Shown here in pieces: positions 11,333-20,365 of a stretch of 62,000 nucleotides of DNA. The notes under the pieces were generated by a model that was not told the DNA's origin, made no database searches, and saw nothing but the letters and a program-made list of their open reading frames with translations. Made by a program: the position numbers and the translations under genes. The stretch's first letter is position 1. Each line of letters opens with the position of its first letter. The stretch comes from Hyalangium minutum (lineage in GTDB: Bacteria; Myxococcota; Myxococcia; Myxococcales; Myxococcaceae), in assembly GCF_000737315.1 (NCBI RefSeq), contig NZ_JMCB01000008.1, positions 144,001 to 206,000 of the forward strand, written 5' to 3'.

Positions 11333-11602
11333 CTACAGCTCACCCACCGACTGCATCACCTTGTCCTGGAAGTCCTCGCGAATGCGGATGAGGTTGGAGT
11401 GCTTCACCTTCTTACGGGCCTCGACGTACTCGCCGTCCGGCTTGGTGAGATCGCCCTCGATGGTGTCGTCCTCGAAGTCGATGGTGGTCGTCTTGTTGTA
11501 GCGCACGTTGCCCTCGCCACCGCCGCCACCCTTGCCGCCCTCATCCTGGGCGAACGCCGGGACCACCGTCAGCACCGTGCACAGCATCAAGAGCTTCCGC
11601 AT
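11333..11602 (-). CDS. gltF: Small exported gliding protein GltF (CglF)
   Basis: Signal peptide MRKLLMLCTVLTVVPAFA and mature TTIDFEDDTIEGDLTKPDG motif. GAGGAG lies 6 nt upstream of the ATG at 11602; an alternative ATG is at 11608. Confidence 0.82.
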   Translation of the reverse strand: MRKLLMLCTVLTVVPAFAQDEGGKGGGGGEGNVRYNKTTTIDFEDDTIEGDLTKPDGEYVEARKKVKHSNLIRIREDFQDKVMQSVGEL

Positions 11603-11683
11603 TGCCATCTCCTCGCGAGCCTCAGTCGCCCGCCCAACAACGACTTCCCGTAATTCAGGTTTAGTAGATTCGCATCAATCAAG

Positions 11684-11708
11684 GTGGCCCCGCCACTGGC
11701 GGGGCCAC
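11684..11708. terminator. Perfect inverted repeat between gltE and gltF (terminator or mRNA-stabilising hairpin)
   Basis: GTGGCCCCGCCA-C-TGGCGGGGCCAC, 20 nt downstream of the gltE stop. Confidence 0.5.
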
Positions 11709-11728
11709 AAGCCGAGCCGGAGTGCTGA

Positions 11729-13168
11729 CTAGAATTCGTCAGTGGGCTCAGCAGGATCCGACTGCGCTGGATTCTTCTGCCCAGGCGCCGCCTTCTGCGG
11801 TGCAGGTGCGTTCGGAGCGGAGGCCGGGTTCGGAGCGAGATCGCCGGTGGTGGGATCCTCCATCGGCTCGGACTTGGCGCCCGCGGGGTTGGCCCCCTGC
11901 GCGCCTCCGTTCTTCTTCATCTCCGCCTCCTGCTTCTTCTGGAGCTCCTCCATCTGCTTGGCCTGATCCTCCGCCATCTTGGCCTCCTTCTTGGCCTGGA
12001 CGACGGCCTCGGCCTCGCGCATGAGGCCGAACACGGGAGCCTCGGCGCTCAGCGCCACTTCATCGCCGGCCATGGCGACGTACTTCTTGTAGAGCTCCAG
12101 GGCGCGCTCGGGAGCGTCCTTCGCGCGGTGCAGGATGATGGCGCGGTTGAGGAAGATGGCGGCCATCTTCGGATCGAGCTTCTCCGCCTCGTCGTACTCC
12201 TGCATGGCCTTGTCGTACTGGCCCTGGCCCTTGTAGGCGACGCCGAGGTTCAGGTGCGCGGCGGCGTTGTTGCCACCGGCCTGGAGAATCTTGCGAAGGT
12301 GCTCCTCGGCGCCCGGGTAGTCCTCGGCGTCCAGCGAGAGCTGGGCCAGGAGGATGTGCGCGGGCAGATAGTCCGGGCGAACCTCCAGCGCCTTCTTGAA
12401 CGCGAGCATCGCGCCGTCCGGATCGCCCTCACCCTGGATGATGAGGCCCACGGTGTGGTGGAGCTCGGGATCATTCTCGTCGAGCTTCAGCGCGCGCAGG
12501 GCCACCATCTTGGCGATCGCGGGCTGCTTGCGGTCCACATAGGTGCGCATCATCACCTTGAGCGCGGTGGTGGACTGAGGGTCCCGCATGAGCGCGGCGC
12601 GGGCGAACTCGAGCGCCTTCACGAGATCTCCCGTCTGCCGGTAGATCTCCGCCAGGCGAGCGCGGCTGGCCGCGTCGTCCGGGAAGCGCTTGAGCACGTC
12701 CGTGTAGAGCGCCACGGCTCCGGGGATATCACCCTCGTTCGTCGACATGACGGCCAGGTTCTCGGAGGCCTGGCGCAGCGTGGGCTTCTTCTTGAGCGCG
12801 GAGCGGTACCAGTTCTTGGCCTCGTCCTTCTTGCCCTGGCGCTCGGCGAGGACGCCCAGGTTGTAGTCGGCCTCGGCCAGGTTGGGGTCCGCCTCCAGGG
12901 CCGTCTTGAACTTGCGCTCCAGCGACGGGTAGTCCACCGCCTTGGCCTTCTTCTGGGTGTCCATCGCCTTCACCGCGTCCTCGAAGAGGAGCTTGGCGCG
13001 GTTGGAGATGTTCACCGGCTCGGCCTTGGCGGGCGTCTTCGGGCCTGTGTTCTGGTTGGCCGCTGGGCCATTGGGGCCCGCGGCCGTGGAGGAGGTGCAG
13101 CCGGAGGCCAGCAGCGCCGCCGCCACGAGCCCCAGCGAGGTACGCAGGAATCGGGTGTGGTTGATCAT
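11729..13168 (-). CDS. gltE: TPR lipoprotein GltE (AglT)
   Basis: Lipobox LLASGC and multiple TPRs (AEADYNLGVLAERQG, AAAHLNLGVAYKGQGQYDKAMQEY). Its start overlaps the gltD stop. Confidence 0.85.
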   Translation of the reverse strand: MINHTRFLRTSLGLVAAALLASGCTSSTAAGPNGPAANQNTGPKTPAKAEPVNISNRAKLLFEDAVKAMDTQKKAKAVDYPSLERKFKTALEADPNLAEADYNLGVLAERQGKKDEAKNWYRSALKKKPTLRQASENLAVMSTNEGDIPGAVALYTDVLKRFPDDAASRARLAEIYRQTGDLVKALEFARAALMRDPQSTTALKVMMRTYVDRKQPAIAKMVALRALKLDENDPELHHTVGLIIQGEGDPDGAMLAFKKALEVRPDYLPAHILLAQLSLDAEDYPGAEEHLRKILQAGGNNAAAHLNLGVAYKGQGQYDKAMQEYDEAEKLDPKMAAIFLNRAIILHRAKDAPERALELYKKYVAMAGDEVALSAEAPVFGLMREAEAVVQAKKEAKMAEDQAKQMEELQKKQEAEMKKNGGAQGANPAGAKSEPMEDPTTGDLAPNPASAPNAPAPQKAAPGQKNPAQSDPAEPTDEF

Positions 13169-16100
13169 TGCAGGAAGTCCTCCGGCTCCTGGTCGTCGTT
13201 GGACGCCTTCTTCGGAGCCGCGCCGTCCTGAGCGACCGGCCGCTTCAGATCGGTCTCGGTCTGCTCACGCAGCTTCTTGGTCAGGTCGGTGAGATCCTCT
13301 TGGATCGCCTCGGTCTTGGCCTGCGCGGTGGACTCGTCCTCCACCACCGGCTCGGGAACGTCCTGGATGGCGGCCAGCAGATCGAGGCCCAGGGCCAGGT
13401 CCGCGCCCTTCTTCAGCGCGGCCTTGTCCTCTTGCACCGTCGGGTACTGCTCCGGAGCGTAGGTCTCGCGCAGCATCTTCAAGCTCTCGCGGGTGCAGTC
13501 GTTGAAGAAGTCCAGCTCCTGGCTCTTGGCCACGGCGCTGGCGAAGGCCTCGGTGGCCTTGGCCTTGATGGGCTGCACCTGGTTGTTGAACTCGTCGCGG
13601 ATGGCCTGCTCGGTCTCCGCGTCGATGCCCGGAGGCATGGGCGCGTTGGACACCTTGTCGGCCATCTCGTGGTAGGCGAGCCCGATGCGGTGCAGCGCGC
13701 AGATGGCGGGCTGCGGGGCGCCGAAGGACACCGTCTGGATGTACTTCTTCTGGACCACCTCGAGCGCGCGGCCCTTGTCGGCCAGCGAGTCCTTGAACTT
13801 CTTCGGGTCCGCCGGGCGGCCCCACGTCAGCTTCAAGCGCAGGTACTCGCGCCAGTCCGGATCCACGCTGAGGAACTGGGCCTGGGCCACGGGGGCCACG
13901 GCCGTCTTCTCCAGCCCCTGCTGCGTCCGCTTGGGCAGCTTCTCGTAGTACTCGAGGATACGGGTGTAGAGGCGGGCGGTGTCCTTGGCCTTCTTCAGCC
14001 TGTTCTCGAAGATGTTGACGATGCGGCCCTCGGCGGTGAGCACCTTGCTGGGCGAGCGGAGGTTGTCGCGCTCGTAGTCCTCCAGCATCTTCATGGCCTT
14101 GCCGTAGTTACCGCTCTTCTCGTAGAGCGACACGATGGACAGGAAGATCTGCTCCGCGTCCTTCGTCTTGGGCCACAGCTCCAGGAAGTGCTCACGGTTC
14201 TTGAGGGCCTGCTTGTACTGGCCCAGGCCCTCCCGGTAGGTGGCCGCGTTGAAGAGGGCCACCTGCGCCTTGGACTCGTCCCACTTCTGCTTCTCTTCCT
14301 TCTTCTCCTCGCCCTCGTCCTTGCCCTTGCCCTTCTTGGCCTTGGACTTGGGAGCGCCCTTCTCCGCGAGGCTGCGCTCGTAGCCCTTCACGTACAGCTC
14401 GTAGGTGCTCGAGGCCTGCTCGAAGTCGCCCACGGCCTCCTGCGCCTCGGCGTTGGCGTAGATGGAGTCCGGCACGAAGCGCGAGCGCGGGTACTTGGAG
14501 ATGAGGTTCTGGCGGACCTGGATGGCCTTATCCAGCTGCTTCGCCTTGTAGTAGTCGACGGACGCATTGTAGAGCGCCTGGTCGGCGATCGTCGTCTGCG
14601 GGAAGTCCTGGACGAAGTTCAGGTACGCCTCGGCGGCCTTGGAGAACTGCTTCTTCTCCTCCAGCTGGGCCACCAGCGCGAACGAGGACTGCTCGATGAG
14701 CTTGGACAGGTCCTCGCGGAACTTGCCCTTCGACAGCTGATCGTTGGCGTAGAACTTGCGGGCCCACTCGTTCACCTTCGCGAAGTCCTTCTGCAGGTTG
14801 TACGAGTCGAGCACCAGGTTGGCGGCCACCTCGCCGGCGCGCTCACCGTTCTCGAACTTGTAGTCCGCGTGGTTCAGCGCGATGTCGCTGAAGCGCGCCA
14901 CCGCGTCGTCGAAGTGGTTGTAGCGGTAGTAGAGGTTGGCGGCCTTGAAGGAGATCTCCACCCGCTTGTCGCCCTTGGGCAGGTACTTCAGATAGCGCTC
15001 GCACGCATCCAGCAGACCCTTACGGGGCTCGGGGATGGTGAGCTTCTTCTTCATGTCCGAGGTGTCGGGCGGCTTGAGCGCGCCCTTCTCCTCGGCGGCC
15101 TTCACCACCTCGTCATAGGCGAGCACCGCGTTGTAGGCGGCGTTGGCCAGCCACTTGCCGGGCTTGCCGGGCTTGGGGTTGCCCTTCTCGTCCTTGGCGT
15201 CCAGCACCTTGGCGTCCTGGAGGACAACCAGGGTGTAGTTGACGGAGGCCTTCTCGTAGTTGTTCAGGTTGTCGTTGAGGAGCTCCGCCCAGAAGAACCG
15301 CATGTCGTACGCCTTGGGGTTCTCCGGGAACAGCGTGAGGTAGTCGCCGTAGATGGCGTCGGCGTACTTGAACGTCCCCTCGTCACGCGTCTTGCGCGCC
15401 TCGTTGTGCCAGGTGACGGCGAGGTTGGACAGGGTGCGCTCGGCCAGCTCGTTGGCCTCGTCCAGCAGCTTCTTGTCCTTGTCCTCCTTGACGATGCCGG
15501 AGGCCTCCACTTCCTTGGTGATCTTCACCAGGCGGCGCACCTGGGCGACGGTGCGCTCCTTGTTGCCCATGCGCAGCACGCAGTCGACGATCCTCGCCTG
15601 GAAGCCCGGAGACTCGGGCGACAGCGGCTTCTCCTTGATGAGCGCGTTGTAGGTGATGGCCGCCTCGCGGTCCTTGCCATCGCCGTAGTAGAGGTTCGCC
15701 AGCTGCTTCATCATCGCGAAGCGGTCTTCCGGCTTGGTGGCGACCTTGCTGAAGTCGTCCTTGGCCGCCATCACGTCGCCGTCGCGGGCGTAGGTGCGCA
15801 CGTAGTCGGCGCGGGCCTCCTTCACGAGGCCGCTCTTGCCGCTCTTGCCACCGTCCTTCTCCGCGGCAGCGCCGGCCAGCTCGCCATAGAGGACCACCGT
15901 CTTGTACTTGTCCTTGGCGGCCTGGTAGTCGCCCATGTTGAAGTAGCACCAGCCCTGCTTGTAGAGGGCGTAGGCGTAGACCTGGCTGTCGGTGAACTCG
16001 GCGGCGCGCTTATAGGCCTCGAGGGCGCGCTCCAGCTCCGGGCGCTTGCCCTTCGAGTTGTTGAAGTAGTACTCGCCGAAGGCCAGCCACGCGTCCGGCA

Positions 16101-16734
16101 GGTACTTGGACTTCGGGTACTTCTGGACCAGGCGCTTGTAGGCCACCAGCGCCTTGCTGTCCTGGCCATCCTCCATGAGGAACTGGCCGAGGAAGAAGAG
16201 CACCTCGTCGGTGCGCTCGAAGTTCGGGTACTGCTGGACGATCTTCGTGTACTGCTCCAGGGCCAGCTTGCCGTACTGCTTGGACTTGGCCAGCAGCTCC
16301 GCCTTCTCCGCCTTGGCGCGCGACTGTGCTGCCGCGTCATTGCGGTTCATGGCCTTGATGAGGTCGTCGTCCTTCCGGTTCGCCTCGAACTCGTGGAACT
16401 TGGCCTCTTCCCAGTAGAGCTCGCCCAGGCGGAACAGCAGGCTCGGGGCCTCCGTCTGGTCCGGGGACAGCTCGATGATCTTCTTGAGCGAATCGATCTG
16501 CTCGCGGCGCTTGGAAGCCACCTGCGTCTCTACGCCCAGCCGGAACTGGTCGTAGTTCAGCGCGGGGGCATCCGCCTCTTTCTCCGCCTTCTTGCGGGAG
16601 ATGTCGCCGGCGAGGGACTTGTCGATGGTGGTGGCAGACTTCTTGCCGAGGTCCGCCTCGCGCGGGTTTTTCTTAGTCTGCGCGGACGCGACCGACGCCA
16701 GAAGCGTCAGGCAGATGAGGAGCGAGCGACGCAT
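13165..16734 (-). CDS. gltD: Large periplasmic TPR protein GltD (AgmU)
   Basis: Start at 16734 (MRRSLLICLTLLASVASAQ, signal peptide) with an AGGAGA RBS. About 1189 aa of TPR repeats; first gene of the cluster. Confidence 0.85.
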   Translation of the reverse strand: MRRSLLICLTLLASVASAQTKKNPREADLGKKSATTIDKSLAGDISRKKAEKEADAPALNYDQFRLGVETQVASKRREQIDSLKKIIELSPDQTEAPSLLFRLGELYWEEAKFHEFEANRKDDDLIKAMNRNDAAAQSRAKAEKAELLAKSKQYGKLALEQYTKIVQQYPNFERTDEVLFFLGQFLMEDGQDSKALVAYKRLVQKYPKSKYLPDAWLAFGEYYFNNSKGKRPELERALEAYKRAAEFTDSQVYAYALYKQGWCYFNMGDYQAAKDKYKTVVLYGELAGAAAEKDGGKSGKSGLVKEARADYVRTYARDGDVMAAKDDFSKVATKPEDRFAMMKQLANLYYGDGKDREAAITYNALIKEKPLSPESPGFQARIVDCVLRMGNKERTVAQVRRLVKITKEVEASGIVKEDKDKKLLDEANELAERTLSNLAVTWHNEARKTRDEGTFKYADAIYGDYLTLFPENPKAYDMRFFWAELLNDNLNNYEKASVNYTLVVLQDAKVLDAKDEKGNPKPGKPGKWLANAAYNAVLAYDEVVKAAEEKGALKPPDTSDMKKKLTIPEPRKGLLDACERYLKYLPKGDKRVEISFKAANLYYRYNHFDDAVARFSDIALNHADYKFENGERAGEVAANLVLDSYNLQKDFAKVNEWARKFYANDQLSKGKFREDLSKLIEQSSFALVAQLEEKKQFSKAAEAYLNFVQDFPQTTIADQALYNASVDYYKAKQLDKAIQVRQNLISKYPRSRFVPDSIYANAEAQEAVGDFEQASSTYELYVKGYERSLAEKGAPKSKAKKGKGKDEGEEKKEEKQKWDESKAQVALFNAATYREGLGQYKQALKNREHFLELWPKTKDAEQIFLSIVSLYEKSGNYGKAMKMLEDYERDNLRSPSKVLTAEGRIVNIFENRLKKAKDTARLYTRILEYYEKLPKRTQQGLEKTAVAPVAQAQFLSVDPDWREYLRLKLTWGRPADPKKFKDSLADKGRALEVVQKKYIQTVSFGAPQPAICALHRIGLAYHEMADKVSNAPMPPGIDAETEQAIRDEFNNQVQPIKAKATEAFASAVAKSQELDFFNDCTRESLKMLRETYAPEQYPTVQEDKAALKKGADLALGLDLLAAIQDVPEPVVEDESTAQAKTEAIQEDLTDLTKKLREQTETDLKRPVAQDGAAPKKASNDDQEPEDFLQ

Positions 16735-17013
16735 GTCTCTCCTGTGCCGAAGCGTTCGATCCTGGATGCTTGCCTGGCTGGCAAGTAGCCGGGACTCTTT
16801 GGGAATTTCCATTTGAGGGGGGCCACTATGCGCAGGGTCGAGAGGGTCGGTCAACTGAACCTGCTCGGCCGCTTTGGGGGTACGCGCACGCCGGAAATCT
16901 TCCAGAAGTGCTGTCCGGAATGCGTTGGGTAGGCTGCCATGTCGGACGGGTAGGTTATGGGTGGGGTAGCGCTTGACTGCCTGGCTGCCCTACCCTGCGG
17001 ATCGATCCGGATC

Positions 17014-17658
17014 ATGAGTCTCCTGCCTGAAGGCGCCAGTTTCGAGGAACTGGTGCAGGACTATTTTCTCGCGGTGCGTGGTGCAGGGCTGATGCTCTCC
17101 GCGCTGGACACCGAGCTTCTGACATCTTGGGCCCGAGAGGGCGTTCCCTTCGAGGTGGTCGCCCGCGGCATCACCCGTTCGGCGGAGAAGGCGCTGTGGG
17201 ATGTGAGGCCCGGGGAGCCGGTGCTGCGCAGCCTGCGGGCGTGCCAGCGGCAAGTGGACGCAGAGATCAAGAAGTACCGGGAGCGCAACGCGGGGGCTGG
17301 AGAGAGCCCGAAGAAGCGCCGCTCGCTCAGCTGGGAAGAGACGCGGCATGCACGGCTGCGGGCCTCGCTCGAGAAGCTGGCGGAGCAGCGTCCCGAGTTG
17401 ACCGCCCGGGTAGGCCAGCTGCTGGAGGCAGTGCTCGCCCGCGCGCCTGAGGAGCCAGCGCAGTTCGACGCCCAGGAAGCGCGGGTCTTCCTGCTGTTGC
17501 TGCGCTCCCTGCCCTTCCCCGTGCGCTGCCAGCTGTGGCGCGAGTCGCGGGGAGGCGGAGCTGAGTCCCAGGGCATGTCCACGCGATCGCGGCGGGTGGC
17601 GCGGCGGTTCCGGTTGCTGGCGCTCGTGCGGCGCTCGCTCGAGATGAAAGAGGGTTAG
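17014..17658 (+). CDS. Hypothetical protein with a DnaD/DnaB_2-like N-terminal domain
   Basis: ORF directly upstream of a DnaC-like ATPase. LSALDTELLTSWAREGVPFEVVARGITRS resembles the DnaD-domain pattern LSxxExxxLxxW...P.EVI..AI. Confidence 0.55.
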   Translation: MSLLPEGASFEELVQDYFLAVRGAGLMLSALDTELLTSWAREGVPFEVVARGITRSAEKALWDVRPGEPVLRSLRACQRQVDAEIKKYRERNAGAGESPKKRRSLSWEETRHARLRASLEKLAEQRPELTARVGQLLEAVLARAPEEPAQFDAQEARVFLLLLRSLPFPVRCQLWRESRGGGAESQGMSTRSRRVARRFRLLALVRRSLEMKEG

Positions 17659-17662
17659 GGCA

Positions 17663-18670
17663 ATGGGGACACCTGAACGCCTGCTCAGCAGGTCGTCCGG
17701 CGAGGGGACTGCTATGGATCGCGCCGACATGGGGACCAAGGGCAGCGGCGGTGCGTGCGGGGTGTGCGGTGGGCGGACGTATCTCATCGAGCGGCAAGGC
17801 GATCTGGCGCATGCGCGGATCTGCGAGTGCTCGGTGCAATGCAAGGTGTGCGGGGGGCGCGGGCACGTGCTCGGCCAACAGGAGTCGACCTTCAGCAAGA
17901 AGGTGGGGCCCCGTACCTATGACGTGCTCATGCCGTGCTCCTGCACCCTGAGGCAGAAGCGCGTGGCCCGCTTCAACGCCGTGGGACTGCCCGGCGTGGT
18001 GGCCCACTCGAGCTTCGACAACTACATCCCCGCGAAGACGCAGCAAGACAAGGCCCGAAGCGCGGCGATGCACTTCGCCCACCACTACGAGAAGGCCGGG
18101 GGCAACAAGGGCTTCGTGCTGAGCGGGCCGGTGGGCACCGGGAAGACGCACCTGCTGGCCGCCACCCTGGCGCACCTGGTGCTCGAGGTGGGCGTGGGGG
18201 CCCGCTACGTGGAGATCTCCCTGCTCTACGCCACCATCCGGCGCGGTTTCCAGGAGGGCAAGAGTGGCGGGGAGATCATCGGCCCGCTGTCCGAGGTGGA
18301 AGTGCTGGCCATCGACGAGCTGGGCAAGGGGCGCGGCAGCCCATTCGAGATGGAGACGATGGATGAGCTGATCGCCCGGCGCTACAACGCTCACCGCACC
18401 ACCCTGTTCGCGACGAACTACTCGCTGGAGCCGGAGCGCAAGGCGACGCGCGCGGTGGCCGGCTACCACTCCACGGACGACGCGAAGACCACGCTGCGAG
18501 AGGCGGAGCTGCTGCGCGAGCGCGTGGGCGAGCGCATCTATAGCCGGCTCTGTGAGATGTGCACCTTCGTGGAGCTGCCCAAGGACACGCCGGACCACCG
18601 GCGCACGCGGCACGAGCTGGAGCCGCGCGGGCACCACGCCCACGCGAAGATTCGCGCCACCGGCCGCTGA
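17663..18670 (+). CDS. DnaC/DnaI/IstB-like AAA+ ATPase with a Cys-rich N-terminus (putative helicase loader)
   Basis: Walker A GPVGTGKT, Walker B VLAIDELG, TTLFATN sensor, RIYSRL arginine-finger region and N-terminal CxxC clusters. Alternative start at 17714 with a GAGGGG RBS. Confidence 0.8.
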   Translation: MGTPERLLSRSSGEGTAMDRADMGTKGSGGACGVCGGRTYLIERQGDLAHARICECSVQCKVCGGRGHVLGQQESTFSKKVGPRTYDVLMPCSCTLRQKRVARFNAVGLPGVVAHSSFDNYIPAKTQQDKARSAAMHFAHHYEKAGGNKGFVLSGPVGTGKTHLLAATLAHLVLEVGVGARYVEISLLYATIRRGFQEGKSGGEIIGPLSEVEVLAIDELGKGRGSPFEMETMDELIARRYNAHRTTLFATNYSLEPERKATRAVAGYHSTDDAKTTLREAELLRERVGERIYSRLCEMCTFVELPKDTPDHRRTRHELEPRGHHAHAKIRATGR

Positions 18671-18691
18671 CCCCTCCCCCGAGGCCCGAAC

Positions 18692-19018
18692 ATGACCGAC
18701 GCCATCGTCGTCCTCGTCACCGCTCCCTCGGCCGACAAGGCCGCGGAGCTGGCCCGGGCCTTGGTGGAGGAGCAGCTGGCGGCCTGTGGCAATGTCCTCC
18801 CGGGCCTGCGCTCCATCTATCGCTGGGAGGGGAAGGTCCACGACGAGCCCGAGGCCCTGCTCATCCTCAAGACGCGGGCGCCCCTCTTCGAGGCCTTGAG
18901 GGAGCGGGTGGTGGCCCTCCACCCCTACCAGGTCCCCGAGGTGCTGCGGCTCGACGTGGCCGGAGGGCACCTGCCCTACCTCGAGTGGATTGAGGCCAGC
19001 GTCCGGCCGCTCCCCTGA
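18692..19018 (+). CDS. cutA: Divalent-cation tolerance protein CutA
   Basis: LVEEQLAACGNV..SIYRWEGKV...E.LLILKT...HPYQVPEV family motifs. Confidence 0.93.
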   Translation: MTDAIVVLVTAPSADKAAELARALVEEQLAACGNVLPGLRSIYRWEGKVHDEPEALLILKTRAPLFEALRERVVALHPYQVPEVLRLDVAGGHLPYLEWIEASVRPLP

Positions 19019-19167
19019 TACGTCCTCAGCTCCCCGGGTCCCACTTGACTCCAAGGGTCACCTTGGAGCCTGCTTCTGTTCGCTGTAAGCAGTTGTAGCT
19101 GGGGGCGGATTCTCTGCCCCCTTGTGCTCGCGATACGCTGACCTGGTCCCCCTTCGTCTCCTTCCTC

Positions 19168-20247
19168 ATGGCTCCCATCCGAATTCTCGTGGCGGAAGGT
19201 TCCGCGGTCGCCCGGAGGGAGATCTCCCAGATGCTGGGCTCCGACTCGGAGCTGGAGGTGGTCGCCATCGCGCCCACCGGGCATATCGCGCTGGAGAAAG
19301 CCGAGCAGCTCCGCCCCGAGGTGATGGTGCTGGAGCTGACGCTGCCGGACATGAAGGGGATGGACGTGCTCAAGGCGGTGCGCCGGCAGTACCCCCGCCT
19401 GCCCGTGCTCATCTTCAGCGCGCTGGCGGAGAGCACCGGGAACATCACCATGGATGCGCTCGCCAATGGCGCGAGCGACTACATCACCAAGCCGACGACC
19501 TCCGGCGGTGTCCCCTTCCTGGAGCAGGCCCGGGAGCAGTTGATCACGAAGATCAAGGAGCTGCACTCGCGCATCCAGCCGGAGCCTCCGAAGGCGGCCC
19601 CGCTGCGCAAGCGGCACGAGCTGGCCAAGGCCCCCACCCGGCAGCCTCGCATTGGCGTGGTGGTGATTGGCGCCTCGACGGGCGGGCCCAACATGCTGGT
19701 CGAGGTGCTCTCTGCAATCCCCGGGGACTTCCCGGTGCCGGTGCTCATCGCCCAGCACATGCCCCCCGGCTTCACGAAGCTGTTCGCCGAGCGCCTGGAC
19801 ACACTGTCCCCGCTGCAGATCCGCGAGGCTCTGTCCGGAGAGCAGTTGCGCGCGGGACAGGTGTGGATTGCTCCGGGGGACTATCACATGGCGGTCACCC
19901 GCGACGGGCCGATGGTGCGGCTGCTGACGCACAAGGGCCCGCTGGAGAACTCCTGCCGGCCCGCGGTGGATGTGCTGTTCCGCACGGCCGCCGCGGCTTA
20001 CGGAGCGGGCGTACTGGCCGTGGTGATGACGGGCATGGGCCAGGACGGGATGAAGGGCAGCCAGGTGGTGAGCCAGGCCGGTGGGCGGATCATCGTCCAG
20101 GACCCGGACACGTGCGTCGTGGGGAGCATGCCGCAGGCGGTGCTCCAGGCGGGGCTGGCTCACCAGGTGGTGTCCCTGAAGAACCTGGGCCCAGAGATCG
20201 TCCGCCGCGTCCTGCAGACGCTGTCTCCGCACCAAACCGCCGGCTGA
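19168..20247 (+). CDS. cheB: Orphan chemotaxis methylesterase CheB with a degenerate receiver domain
   Basis: Catalytic motifs GASTGGP, QHMPPGFT and MTGMGQDG are intact. The receiver has EG in place of DD and Glu56 in place of the phosphoacceptor Asp. Confidence 0.9.
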   Translation: MAPIRILVAEGSAVARREISQMLGSDSELEVVAIAPTGHIALEKAEQLRPEVMVLELTLPDMKGMDVLKAVRRQYPRLPVLIFSALAESTGNITMDALANGASDYITKPTTSGGVPFLEQAREQLITKIKELHSRIQPEPPKAAPLRKRHELAKAPTRQPRIGVVVIGASTGGPNMLVEVLSAIPGDFPVPVLIAQHMPPGFTKLFAERLDTLSPLQIREALSGEQLRAGQVWIAPGDYHMAVTRDGPMVRLLTHKGPLENSCRPAVDVLFRTAAAAYGAGVLAVVMTGMGQDGMKGSQVVSQAGGRIIVQDPDTCVVGSMPQAVLQAGLAHQVVSLKNLGPEIVRRVLQTLSPHQTAG

Positions 20248-20365
20248 AGTTCAGCCCGGGGCTTGGACGTCCTGCCGCGGAGCAGCCGAGAGAGCAGGCG
20301 CGCGCGTACTCATGCATACCTTCCCCCCAATCGTCCCCACTGACGGAGGACGAGTTGGTGGGGCG

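Noticed and set aside
13168-16788. 1206-aa plus-strand ORF opposite gltD (similarly 24981-28160, 40311-42347 and 48400-50730 opposite other genes)
   Set aside because: They mirror strongly supported genes codon for codon and reflect GC3 bias, not overlapping genes.
16735-16854. Upstream in-frame extensions given by the ORF track (gltD 16854, lysC 25191, smc 50748, NTase 32413, immunity 22733)
   Set aside because: Downstream starts fit better, through RBS placement (gltD), family-typical N-termini or signal peptides, or avoiding overlap with neighbouring genes.
17663-18670. IS21 element (IstB-like ATPase)
   Set aside because: No IstA DDE transposase, terminal inverted repeats or target duplications are nearby, and the flanking genes look like core genes.
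17014-18670. Prophage replication region
   Set aside because: There are no integrase, structural, lysis or repressor genes in the vicinity.
20248-20365. yybP-ykoY (Mn2+) riboswitch upstream of the TerC/Alx gene
   Set aside because: I could not find the conserved GGGGAGUAG/L1-L3 elements. An Infernal search with the Rfam yybP-ykoY model would be decisive.
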